Below are positions 51,213 through 64,000 of a stretch of 64,000 nt of DNA, one piece after another. The stretch lies in assembly GCF_006345805.1 (NCBI RefSeq), contig NC_043002.1:112902001-112966000 (forward strand), written 5' to 3'. Position 1 is the stretch's first letter. The number at the start of each line of letters is the position of its first letter. A program made the translations under genes and the position numbers. The DNA comes from Octopus sinensis (taxonomy: Eukaryota). The notes under the pieces were generated by a model. The model worked only from the letters and a program-made list of their open reading frames with translations, made no database searches and was not told where the DNA came from.

Positions 51213-51990
51213 TCGGACCTTTTTGTATATAAGGTTTTTTATTTAGACAGCAGTTATCTAAAGGACAGGAGGTTGGGTGTCTGTAGTTTTTAGGGGCTGC
51301 TCCGGAGGATGGTGTTGTTGGTTTGTAAGGTATGATAATTATTGTGTCCGGTGGTATCTTCTGTGATAGTCTCTATCATGGCAGCAGGTATATTTGGGTA
51401 TTGTAAGTTCAAGGGTCGGGTGTTAGCAATGGCATTATCGTTGTAGTTATGTGGATTTGTTTTGTTATGGGGGTCAGTTGGTGTATTGAGTTTGTATGTA
51501 TGGAGATGGAGGTTATGTTGAATTTTATTTATTTGGGTGGGGGTTAACCGTTAGTGGATTTCGGAGTTTCTCGTTAAGATGTCGGACAACTTTGGCAATG
51601 TTGTTGTTGTTGTTGGTGGTGGTGGTGGAATAGAATAATTTAATAGATTAGGGTGGGGGGGTAAATATTCTTCTAAGGAGGTTAGATTTAGGGAAATGTT
51701 TATCGAGTTGGGTGAAGAAGAGTTTGGGTACTCGAGTTTGGACGTTATGGGCGAAGGGAGTGGTGAAACCATATGACGTCTCAGTTCGAGTTCGTTTAAT
51801 CCGATTAGGGGGTTACCTGGGTGGAGATTGGGTTTATGATGTGTATGTTGGTATCTATTTTGATGGGTTGTGGTGTATATAGGATTAGGGGTTATCTGTA
51901 GCGGGTGCGTTTGTTAGGTCGATTTCTGTTTCAATGTTTGGGTAGCTATTGTGGGTTAGGGGGTTTCAGGTCTACCATATGGGGGTTGGA
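51213..51990 (-). mobile_element. Penelope-like element ORF relic (RT C-terminus to GIY-YIG linker)
   Basis: (W)FTTPFAHNVQTRVPKLFFTQLDKHFPKSNLLRRIF..YS and SCPLDNCCLNK.LIYK; strong C/A strand skew. Confidence 0.75.
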
Positions 51991-52034
51991 AACTGTTTTT
52001 TGCATAAATATATACATGCTTACTGTTTGTTTTT

Positions 52035-53052
52035 GCATGCATGCATACAAAATGCGTACATACATACATACAATGCATACATACATACATACATACATAC
52101 ATACGTACATACATACATACATACATACATACATGCAATGCATACATACATACATACATACATACATTCATACATACATACATACATAATACATACATAC
52201 ATACATACATACATACAATGCATACATACATACATACATACATACATACCTACCTACATACATACATACATACATACATACATGCAATGCATACATACAT
52301 ACCTACATACCTACCTACATACATACATACATACATACATACGTACATACATACATACATACATATACATACATACATACATACATACATACATACATGC
52401 ATACATACATACATACATACATACATACATACATACATGCAATGCATACATACATACATACATACATGCAATGCATACATACATACATACATGCAATGCA
52501 TACATACATACATACATACATGCATACATACATACATACATACATGCATACATACATACATACATACATACCTACCTACATACCTACATACATACATACA
52601 TACATACATACATACATACATACATACATGCATACATACATACATACATACATACATACATACATACATACATACATGCATGCATACATACATACATACT
52701 TACATACATACATACATACATACCTACATACATACATACATACATACATACATACATGCATACATACATACATACATACATACATACATGCAATGCATAC
52801 ATACATACATACATACATGCATACATACATACATACATGCATACATACATACATACATACATACATACATACATACATACACATACATATATACATACAT
52901 ACATACATACATACATGCATACATACATACATACATACATACATACATACATACATACATACCTACCTACATACCTACATACATACATACATACATACAT
53001 ACATACAACATACATACATACATACATACATACATACATACATACATACATG
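52035..53052. repeat. About 1-kb (CATA)n array with recurrent CATGCAATG variants
   Basis: Direct reading; source of the HTYI and MYVC pseudo-ORFs. Confidence 0.98.
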
Positions 53053-53199
53053 TCCATCCATATTGCCAGCTCTTGTATCATCTCATCAACATTATTACCG
53101 TAAACCATTGAAGATGTGTGTGTGTGTACGCGTTTGTATGTATGTGTGTGCGTGTGTGTTAGAGATGGTGGTGCATTACTGCGGTGGCGATGATGATGG

Positions 53200-53395
<196 letters not shown>

Positions 53396-53769
53396 GACAG
53401 TAAATAGTGGTCGTTGTGAGCGAGGTGGGAGGCAACCGACTGTTAGGTGTCGCTTCCTTTTTCTTTACGTATTAGTCGACATTCTTGTAAACTTTCACTT
53501 CAAATTTACACATTTCTGGATGTCACGTGCAGTTTTGTTGATAATGATTGGTGCGATCGTTATTGCTGTTGTTTTTTTTGTTTGTTCATTGGTTGGATTT
53601 TGTTGATCTTCGCGTTATGTTTTCTTTTGTGTCGTGTGTGTGTGGGGGGGGGATGTCGTTTTTGCTATTGTTGTTGTTCCTGTTCTTGCTAGACATAATA
53701 TATTAGTTATTCTGTCATGAGGCGGATTACATAAATTAGTATAAACAGAATTAATACCTCCATTTGCAC

Positions 53770-53790
53770 ACGCATACGCACATACATATA

Positions 53791-53842
<52 letters not shown>

Positions 53843-53845
53843 ATA

Positions 53846-53893
<48 letters not shown>

Positions 53894-54678
53894 CATATAT
53901 ATATACATATACATATACACATATATATGCGTGTACATTTATAATTTGTGTATATGCATACGTATGTGTATGCATATATATATATATATAATACAGATTC
54001 ATATACACATGCATATTTGCATACATACATACACGCATATATATATACAAATATATGTGTGTATGTGTGTGTATAACTACAAACAAGCATGCATGCATTC
54101 ACACATGTCCGCAAAAACATACATACATACATATGTATATATATACATACACACACACATACATACATGAATACATACACGCGCCCGCGCGCTGACACAC
54201 ACACACACACACATACACGCACACGCATACACACACACACACACCACACACACACACACACCTATTTTGCATAGTCCATAAGACAATTGTATCTATTAAT
54301 ATTTCAGGCAGATTAAAAATAACCCAAAAGGTTTCGGACAGCAGCAGCAGCAGCAGTAGTGGTAGGAGTACATGGTGCTCGTGATGATGAGGATCAGTAT
54401 GAGGTGGAGGTGGAGGAGGAGAACGATGACGCCGGTGATGGTGGTGGTAGTAGGAGGTACTGGGCTGGTTGAAGGTGGAGGTGACGGTGCTATTCGTTGT
54501 TGTAGATTTTTTATTTTTACCCAGTTTTTATTTTCAGAATTTAAAAATTTTGTATAATTTATATCAAAATTATGCACGCCTTACATATGTCATTGCCAAT
54601 TGGCGTATGCTGATGTAGATGTCGAAATATCGCTGTGCTTGTTCGATGTATGCGTATATATACATATATATATATACA

Positions 54679-54765
<87 letters not shown>

Positions 54766-54834
54766 TATACATACATATATATATATATACACGTATACAT
54801 ATATGCATATACACACTTATACATATATACATAC

Positions 54835-54907
<73 letters not shown>

Positions 54908-55160
54908 CATATATATACACACATACATGTATATAGCTATATATATATATATAAATATATATGTATATATATACCTATATATATAAATATATATATATTA
55001 TATATATGTGTGTGTGTGTGTGTGTATGCTTCTATGCATATATATGTGCATTCACATCTATATACACAGCTATAAACATGATATATGCTTTGCATACCGA
55101 CATAATACACACACATACACATATATATATATATATATATATGCATACATGCATGCATAG
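53770..55160. repeat. Interrupted (TA)/(CA)/(TG) low-complexity tract
   Basis: Direct reading. Confidence 0.9.
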
Positions 55161-55613
55161 AAACGTACATACATGCAATTATATGTAAAAACACACATCG
55201 AAATTGTGTCCAAAATAGTGTTGATGCGTGTTCACGCAAATGTGTGCGCATAACTAGGAAACTATGAGTGTATATTCTTACACTTCTACTCGTGTATATG
55301 TGTGTGCATGTCCGTGCCAGTACGTATGAGCATCAATTTTGAAATGGCGTCTGCGCGTGCGCCTCTCTGTTCGTGTCCATGCGCGCGTATCGTGTTGTTT
55401 ATATAAAAAAAATTTATACAATTTACAAAAGATATTTACAAAATCTGTAACGACGTGTGTATGTGTGAGTTTACGCATGTGTATTTGTGATAGGATGTAC
55501 GTACACACACAGACATACATACATGTGTGTGTATGTGTATATATATATATATATATATATGTATATACAAGCATATAGACAGATAGATAGACAGATAGAT
55601 AGATAGATAGATT

Positions 55614-55663
<50 letters not shown>

Positions 55664-55864
55664 CAGACAAGCAGACAGACAGACATACATAAACACGCAC
55701 ACACACGCACACACACTCACACACACATGCACACACATAAACAGACACAGGTGACTATGAATACGTATGTATTTATATTAAATGCTATGATGTTGAAATT
55801 TTCGACATATATACGCTTGTGTGTATGTAGGTGTGTAGTGTTGATAAATATATGTACATATGAC

Positions 55865-56470
55865 AAAGGCGGTGCTCCAGCATGGCCGCAGTCAAATGAC
55901 TGAAACAAGTAAAAGAGTAAAGAGTATGTGGTGGTGCGTGGCTCAGTGGTTAGGGTATTCGGCGAGCTGGCAGAAACGTTAGCACGCCGGGCGAAATGCT
56001 TAGCGGTATTTCGTCTGTCGTTACGTTCTGAGTTCAAATTCCGCCGAGGTCGACTTTGCCTTTCATCCTTTCGGGGTCGATAAATAAAGTACCAGTTTCG
56101 CACTGGGGTCGATGTAATCAACTTAACCCCTTTGTCTGTCCTTGTTTGTCCCCTCTGTGTATAGCCCCTTGTGGGTAGTAAAGAAATAGGTAGGGACGTG
56201 AGTTCGATTCTCGACGGCGCATGGTATCCTTGAGCAAGACTCTTTATTTCACGTTGCTCTCATCCACTAAGCGGGTAAAAATGAGTGGTACATTTTATGC
56301 AAGGGCCAGCCTTGTCACATTCTGTGTCATGATGAATCTCATTGAGGACTATGTTCAGGACACGGTGTTTCTGTGGAGTATTCACCCACTTGTACGTTAA
56401 TTTCACGAGCCGGATGTTGCTTTCATCGGTTCCAATGTGGAGCACTCAACGTCGTAATCGACGGAGTACC
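55865..56470 (+). mobile_element. SINE stack: family A 3' end, then family E with a nested family B (55961-56191)
   Basis: E head GCTCAGTGGTTAGGGTATTC directly followed by a complete B, after which E resumes. Confidence 0.85.
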
Positions 56471-56705
56471 ACTTACGTATACATATCTATTACATGTATT
56501 TATATGTATATTTATATATGTTATGAGAGAGTGAAAGAATGTTTGTCCGTGTGTTGATGAGTGTTGAGAAAATGTTTGTATTAGTTAAATAGATTCGTTC
56601 TTCTTATGTGGCTTTCATGTTTATGCTTGTGCGTGTCTATAAACAGTATTTTGTACAGTCACAGAGTGCTGGCAAAAGATATTTACAAAATGATGATGAG
56701 ACAGA

Positions 56706-56905
56706 CAGACAGACAGACAGATAGATAAGTTTCTTTATTGGCCACACAGGGCTGCACACAGATGGGACAAGTTACAAGGTAGAGCTTTTCTTTTGGGGGA
56801 TGAAAAAAAACAAAAAACAAAAGAAGCAAAAAAAAGGTGGCGTAGGTTTTCGATCAAAAGGGATCGTAAAAGGGAAAAAGAAGAACAAAAAAAAAATTTT
56901 TTAAA
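56706..56905 (-). mobile_element. LINE-like 3' UTR fragment whose end resembles the SINE B tail
   Basis: Reverse complement CTTGTCCCATCTGTGTGCAGCCCTGTGTGGCCAATAAAGAAA, preceded by a T-rich tract. Confidence 0.55.
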
Positions 56906-57384
56906 TAAATAAATAAAAAAAGAAGCAAAGTAACACCAAATATATAGTGTGTGTGTTTTTATTGGCTAAACTGGCAAAATGACCATTCCTAAATACAACA
57001 ATATCTGTTTCAACACACGACTTCACATAAAAAATCTTGCACAACAAATATATAAACGTACTATATATATACACACATACACACGGCAGTTTCCGTCTAC
57101 AAAATCCAGCCACAAGATTTTGGTCGGCACGATCTGTAGTATCTAAGGTATCACGCAGTTGGACTGATAACATGATCACATGACTGGAAGCAAGCTTCTT
57201 ACCTACAGAGGCACGCCTGAAGAATTTGAATATAGCTGAAAACGTGTCGGAACAGAGACAACTTAATCGTTATTCTAAGTTAAAATGAAGTCTGCAAGCA
57301 ACTACAGTGAGTTTCGATACGTTTATACGCAGATATATAAGCTGCAAAATAATTTACTAATACAAAATAGGAAAAAAAATATGC

Positions 57385-57789
57385 AGGCGCCGGAGTGGCT
57401 GTGTGGTAAGTAGCTTGCTAACCAACCACATGGTTCCGGGTTCAGTCCCACTGCGTGGCATCCTGGGCGAGTGTCTTCTGCTATAGCCCCGGGCCGACCA
57501 ATGCCTTGTGAGTGGATTTGGTAGACGGAAACTGAAAGAAGCCTGTCGCATATATATATATATGTGTGTGTGTATGTGTGTGTGTTTGCCCCCCTAGCAT
57601 TGCTTGACCACCGATGCTGGTGTGTTTACGTCCCCGTCACTTAGCGGTTCGGCAAAAGAGACCGATAGAATAAGTACTGGGCTTACAAAGAATAAGTCCC
57701 GGGGTCGATTTGCTCGACTAAAAGGCGGTGCTCCAGCATGGCCGCAGTCAAATGACTGAAACATGTAAAAGAGTAAAAGAGTAAGAGTA
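57385..57789 (+). mobile_element. SINE family A
   Basis: Full-length match. Confidence 0.92.
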
Positions 57790-58479
57790 ATCGCTTTAAA
57801 TATGGATGTAATTATCTTCCCTATCCATACCCAGCACACTTAATGGAGCTACCAGAATCATTTTAACATTTCCGTAGTCGTCGCGTACGATGGTGATTTC
57901 TTTGACTGTTTCTTCTGCTTAAGCTCTTCGAAAGCTAAACTTGTTTATCACAACACAAGATTACAGTAACTTTAGATTATAGGTTTCTACTATTTTTCTA
58001 CATATGTTTCCATTCTCATTGTGCTTTGTTAGCCATGCTTGGATATCTCACATATTTGTCTGTTACGTGCTATCCGCACTTTTATAAATAGAATATAGTA
58101 TGCATATTTCTATCTCTTCTTTTACATATTAACATATAAGTACACGTGTAAACGTCTGTAAGTTTCGTTCTGTGAGTAAATGTGTGTGTATGTGAGTTTG
58201 TATCTATATCTATACACATGATTATTTGTTCAATAAATATATTTTTACATGCTTATCTCTAATTTAGTTCCTATATCATAATACACACTCCTGATGGGTT
58301 TTGTGTTCACATCTTTCAATATTCTTCAGTTAATTCTCATGGTTATTCATAACAGTACGCGTTTTTACTACTTGTTTTTGCTATAAACAGTAGCCTATCG
58401 ATAATGATTCGTAATTATTTGCTTATCTTCGTATATAGATTATTAATTGTACCTTGTCATTTTTTTCTATATATGTGTG

Positions 58480-58820
<341 letters not shown>

Positions 58821-59010
58821 TGGCTCAAATGTACGAAAAGAGAACAGAAGGCAAAACCAGGTGAAGAACACAAACAAGGTGTTTTAGTTTGACGCTCAGG
58901 ATAAATGGAAAAGTCTTTGACGTTTCGGGTCTACGCTCTTCGAGAGAAAGAAATGAGGAAAGAAAACGGAAAGAAAATTAAATGTGTCTAGATGAACGGT
59001 TTCACATGTT
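58821..59010 (-). mobile_element. Penelope-like terminal fragment with degenerate hammerhead motif
   Basis: Reverse complement CUUU-CUCUCGA-A-GAGC..-GAAA-CGUC-AAAG at 58915-58950; similar to 49420-49640; abuts (TA)n. Confidence 0.55.
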
Positions 59011-59565
59011 GAATTGACTAAAAGAAATTAGCTCAATGGAAGGAGAGACAACAGTAACTTGGCTCCGGTTTGTGTGCGGCGCAAGCGAGTGTGTGTATGT
59101 GTGAGGATAACGTGTGCGGGTGCATATGTGTGTATAGGTGAGTGCATATGTATTAGTCTTGGTTATGACGTTAAATTGTATCCAGTTCGGTAGTTCTTGG
59201 ATTGTGGGGAACGTGGAGTCAGCCTTTAATTGTCATTACTCCAAGATCCCTTCTGATCTGGAACGATAGTACCCGTCAGGGTTCCACCTAGGGATTAAAT
59301 AGATTCTTCAGGAGTAGAAGAGGCTCTCGTTATTTTTGACAAATCCGTGGGGAATGCAGTTCTTCTAAGAGAAAGATACTCTGACATAAAACTTGCAGTC
59401 AAAATAGTCATCTTGCAAACTTCTCACTAGAACGTACTATGGCGACCAAGGGAGTGGCAAAAGTGTTGTACAAACTTTTGTTACTTAAACCCAGTGACAT
59501 ACAGATGTCACACTAGTGAAACGGCTCTCATCTGACAAGAGGAGGTTTTTCATAATGTATGTATA

Positions 59566-60842
59566 CTAGGGGCGTTCAATAAGTAATGCCCCTGACCCAC
59601 TTCCCATAGCAGTAGAGCAACGAAACTTGGCACAGTTATTAGTCTTTTTCTACATAGAAACCACCCAGAGTTACGCATTTCTACCATTGTTTGATGCAGC
59701 TCTGGAGACCGATTTTGTAGAAGACCCCAACCTGGTCCTCCAACCACGACGTGACTTCAGAAATCAAGGCTGCATCATCTGGGAAACGCTTTCCTTTCAA
59801 AAACTTCATGGCTGGGAAGAGGTGAAAATCCGAGGATGCAAGGTCAAGAGCGTAGGGGCATGGGGGAGGAGTTCATAGCCGCACGCCTGTGCTTCTGATC
59901 TGGCGACACGCGAGTTGTGGACCGGAGCGTTGTCCTGCAAGAGGAGGATGCCTTTGCTGATCTTGCCCCACCTCTTGATTTTGATAGATTCTCTTAATTT
60001 CCTCAAAAGTGAAGCATAATAGGCTCCTGTAATTGTGGTACCCTTTGCCAGGAAATCTGTCATCACTACTCCGTCCTGGTCCCAGAAGACTATGAGCATG
60101 ACCTTGCTAGTGGAGGGCTGCATCCTTGCCTTCTTTGGAGGAGGTGAGTCACGGTGCTTCCACTGCATTGACTGGGCTTTTGTCTCTGGATCATAGTGAT
60201 GGACCCAGGTCTCATCCTGTGTAATCAGTCTTTTGAAAAATGTTGACTCATCTTCTTGGCACATCTCCAAATTCATCCTCGAGCACTCGACGCGTTCTTG
60301 CTTCTGGAAAGGTGTGAGCAACCAGGGAATCCATCTGGCAGACACCTTTTGCATATGCAAATGGTCATGAATGATTGGTTTCCACAGACCCGGTACTAAT
60401 CTTGACCTCATGGGCTATTTGCCGAATAGTTATGCGTCGATCTTCCAAAATGGCAGCCTCAACTTGATGGACAGATGCCTCAACAATAGCAGTAGGGGGC
60501 GACCAGATCTGGGAGCTGTTTCCACAGAGTTCCGACCATGTTTGAATTCACAATGCCAGCGTTTTACAAGTACATCATCACCATAAGTTACTTTCATTTC
60601 ATCAAAAGTCTCCCGTGGTGTGCGTCCTTTCAAATATAAAAAGCGGATCACTGCCCGACACTCAACAGGCTCCATTTCACACCTGACTCAGTTCAAACAC
60701 CTGTAAATCAGAAACCACAATTAGTTCAGAGCTGTAATTTACTACTTAATCTATAGAGATATAGATAATTGCACATGCAAAATTTCAGCTAGATCAAACA
60801 ACTGCAAGTGGGTCAGAGGCATTACTTATTGAACGCCCCTCG
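59566..60842 (-). mobile_element. Full-length mariner element (1277 bp), TA TSD, ~36-bp TIRs
   Basis: TA|CTAGGGGCGTTCAATAAGTAATGCC...GGCATTACTTATTGAACGCCCCTCG|TA. Confidence 0.97.
59639..60675 (-). pseudogene. Mariner DD34D transposase, frameshifted
   Basis: MEPVECRAVIRFL, RWIPWLL, ITQDETWVHHY, LLQDNAPVH, YAPDLAPSDF; split over several frames with a stop. Confidence 0.95.
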
Positions 60843-61227
60843 TATATGGATGTATAAGTATCCTTGAATTTCCACCTGGTATGGAATTGCTAGTCGCTGT
60901 AAGGAATCTAATACTCGCAGTAAAAATCACAGTAAAACCACTATTTTCTCTCTTGGGGGATAGTCGTATTTAGGAGGGAAAATAGTTTTTACACACCCAC
61001 ACGCGCACATAAATCTGTAAATATATATGTGAGTGTTTGTTTGTTTGTTTGTTTGTTTGTTTGTTGTGTGTGTGTGTGTGTGTGTGTATGTGTGTGTGTG
61101 TGTGTGCGCGCGCGTGCGTGTGTAGTTCAAACAAAAATACATTTGTGGTATTTATTTGTCTCGAGTTGTAGTTATTCACGCCCTTGAGTTTCTTGCCATC
61201 GAAATGCAGCGAGCTAGTAAGAGTCCG

Positions 61228-61430
61228 ATGACGTACCTCCACCACGGTGCTTCCACTGCATTGACTGGGCTTTTGTCTCTGGATCATAGTGATGGACCCA
61301 GGTTTCATCCTGTGTAATCAGTCTTTTGAAAAATGTTGACTCATCTTCTTGGCACATCTCCAAATTCATCCTCGAGCACTGGAGGCACCGTGGTGCTCGA
61401 GCAGTGGAAGCACCGTGGTGGAGGTACGTG
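61228..61430. other. Templated insertion: ~135-bp copy of the mariner interior wrapped in a 29-bp inverted repeat
   Basis: About 61243-61380 equals 60152-60288 with one mismatch; ACGTACCTCCACCACGGTGCTTCCACTGC is repeated inverted at ~61400-61428. Confidence 0.85.
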
Positions 61431-61454
61431 ACTTAGTGGTCAAAGTGCTGCAAT

Positions 61455-61620
61455 AGGCGCAGGAGTGGCTGTGTGGTAAGTAGCTTGCTAACCAACCACG
61501 TGGTTACGGGTTCAGTCCCACTGCGTGGCATCTTGGGCAAGTGTCTTCTGCTATAGCCCCGGGCCGACCAATGCCTTGTGAGTGGATTTGGTAGACGGAA
61601 ACTGAAAGAAGCCTGTCGTA

Positions 61621-61660
<40 letters not shown>

Positions 61661-61875
61661 TGTGTGTGTGTGTGTTTGTCCCCCTAGCATTGCTTGACAG
61701 CTGATGCTGGTGTGTTTATGTCCCCGTAACTTAGCGGTTCGACAAAAGAAACCGATAGAATAAGTACTGGGCTTACAAAGAATAAGTCCCCGGGTCGATT
61801 TGCTCGACTAAAGGCGGTACTCCAGCATGGCCGCAGTCAAATGACTGAAACAAGTAAAAGAGTAAAGAGAGAGTA
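61455..61875 (+). mobile_element. SINE family A
   Basis: Full-length match. Confidence 0.92.
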
Positions 61876-62277
61876 ATCAATATCGTAAGATTGCGATTTC
61901 GATTCCTGAATCAAGCAAAGCAAAACACTTCATCTCATGTTACTCCAGCCCACTCAGCTAGCAAAAAATTCTGCAATGGATCGGGGTCCCGTCCAGCGGC
62001 GGAAGGGGATATATACGCCACAGAAACTAAAAAACTGACCATCTGATCCTATGACTCAAGAAGAACCTTTGATAAGGCGGCAAGCTGGCAGAACCATTAG
62101 CACTTCGGACAAAACACTTCACTTTTCGAATTCAAATTCTGTCAAGGTCGACTTTATCTTTCATCCTTACAGGGTTGGTGATATAAGTACTGGAGTAGAT
62201 GTAATCGACTCACCTCCTGCCTCCAAATTTAAGGCCTTGTACCTACAGCAGAAAGTATTATTCATAAAAGTGCGATA

Positions 62278-62675
62278 TCTTTATATATAAAAGTGAAGTT
62301 GTGTGTCTGTCTCCTACGATTTAGATTCCTAACTACTCCCACATTTTGCGGTGCAGTGTAACCAAAAGCGGGTATCTTATAGTCGTGATTCATATCAAGC
62401 CCTTCTGGGTATTAGCGCGCGTCTACGATGAGTCTACGATTTTAAAAAAAATTTACAATCATTTTTTCCCATTTTTAATGCATTTTTTCGCTATTATATA
62501 AGGGAAGTAACTCTCTAAAAATGTATTATTAAATCTCAGAACGTAAAAAGCTACAGTAACACCCCCCCCCTTTGTGGTTAGCCATATTGAGATGGCTATT
62601 ATACTTTACATCTCTAAAAATGCTTATATAGTTATTTCCCTTACAAACCCGAGCAACGCCGGGCGATACTGCTAG
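62278..62675 (+). mobile_element. Non-autonomous Helitron (family D, subtype 1)
   Basis: A|TC ... hairpin CTAG|T. Confidence 0.92.
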
Positions 62676-63121
62676 TATGAAATAAAGTAATACAAAATAA
62701 ATATAAACCTCCTCCCCACCACCACCACCACCACCACCAAAAAAAAGACGGTGGTCATGGCTGGATTCAAGTTTGAGCTAAATAACAATAACAACTATTT
62801 GTTAATATGAACTAAAAGCAATTCTGTACAAATCACAGTTCGGTAAAGATGTGAGTGTAAGAAAATGAACGGTGATAGAAAGGGTACCTAACATATAATA
62901 AGACCAAAACATGTAATGTTTTTCGTACTTGTCGAAATAATTAACATATTAGTCATTAATTAATATTGTTTCTTTTATCTTTACTGCATAATTATTTCTA
63001 GTTAGCTTTTTAATATTTTCTGCATCTAAGATATTAGCCCAAAGTTAACTACATCAGTCTATGTTAGCTTCTCAATTTAGTTGTCTGAAGTGTGTGTGCA
63101 TGTGTGTGTGTGTGTGCGTAC

Positions 63122-63165
<44 letters not shown>

Positions 63166-63659
63166 ACGGGTAAATTTCATACGCTATCATTGATGCTACC
63201 TTGACATATTCAATAGACTTTTGAAAACCTATTTAAATTGAAAATAAAATGCCTCAAAATATATTATTTCTACTTTAATCTTCAGAAATATTATTACTTT
63301 ATAAATGTTACCGCCAATAAGTATTTGCCAAATTTTCCGTTTGCGTTTGTGCTAGAGGTCACGAAACGGTTCAATAAAACTAGATTGGCATAGATAGGCT
63401 AATCTTTGTCGTCTATGCTATAATTTCTGGTGCGGAAATGGTAATCTGAGCTATGTAAAGTGTTTTAGAACTTTAAAGATCACACGCTAAATATGTAAAT
63501 TTACTATAATCATGATATTGGTGTGTGTTTGATATTGAAAAAGTTTATTACATAGCTTTCAAATAAAAATAAACATTTAAAAGTGTTATTTTATGTAAAT
63601 ATGTGTTGTTGATTTAGACTAGAAAGATGACTGCCAACTCAATCAACCAAAACAAACAG

Positions 63660-64000
63660 TACCAACTCGAAATATTTTTAAAAAAGAAAAATAAGGAGAC
63701 TAATTTTGACTATTAACTGCATTATAGTACCACCTTGAGAGGGTACGCAGAGCAAAAATATAACTACTGATTTCTGAAGATTCCTAATTGGTTCTAAGTA
63801 GGCTGAAGATTTAGTAAACGTATACGACTCTGGTAGTCCTGTAGATAAAAGATTTAAGGCATTTTTCCGTGGGTATATGGAAGCATTGAATCTTCTTCTT
63901 TTCTCCGAAGGCTCGACGATACAACACTGCAAGCTAACGGGGTATTCGTGAATTATATATTTCTCCTGCTAATAACAGCAGTAAGCCTATTTAGTTTGTT
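63660..64000 (-). mobile_element. Possible hAT dimerisation-domain relic
   Basis: VVIFLLCVP resembles the hAT C-terminal block; weak. Confidence 0.3.

Overview
AT-rich, repeat-saturated animal DNA, most likely from an octopod cephalopod (inferred from the SINE repertoire and microsatellite load). No intact host gene, CRISPR array or functional RNA gene is supported; almost all listed ORFs are microsatellite or SINE artefacts. The window holds four tRNA-derived SINE families (called A, B, C and E here), six copies of a non-autonomous Helitron, a Helitron helicase relic, one full-length but frameshifted mariner, and mariner, Chapaev3-like, hAT, CR1, other LINE and Penelope-like (PLE) relics. 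It also holds two tRNA-Asp pseudogenes and a TSD-flanked ITS1+5.8S pre-rRNA fragment. The most interesting signal is a set of hammerhead-ribozyme-like motifs and three head-to-head inverted-duplication insertions. One of these is an NDUFA11 processed pseudogene with a 79-bp inverted duplication, closely matching the 80-bp duplication of a hammerhead-bearing insert 9 kb away. This suggests the same fold-back retroposition mechanism, possibly PLE-driven, acting on a host mRNA; that link is inference.
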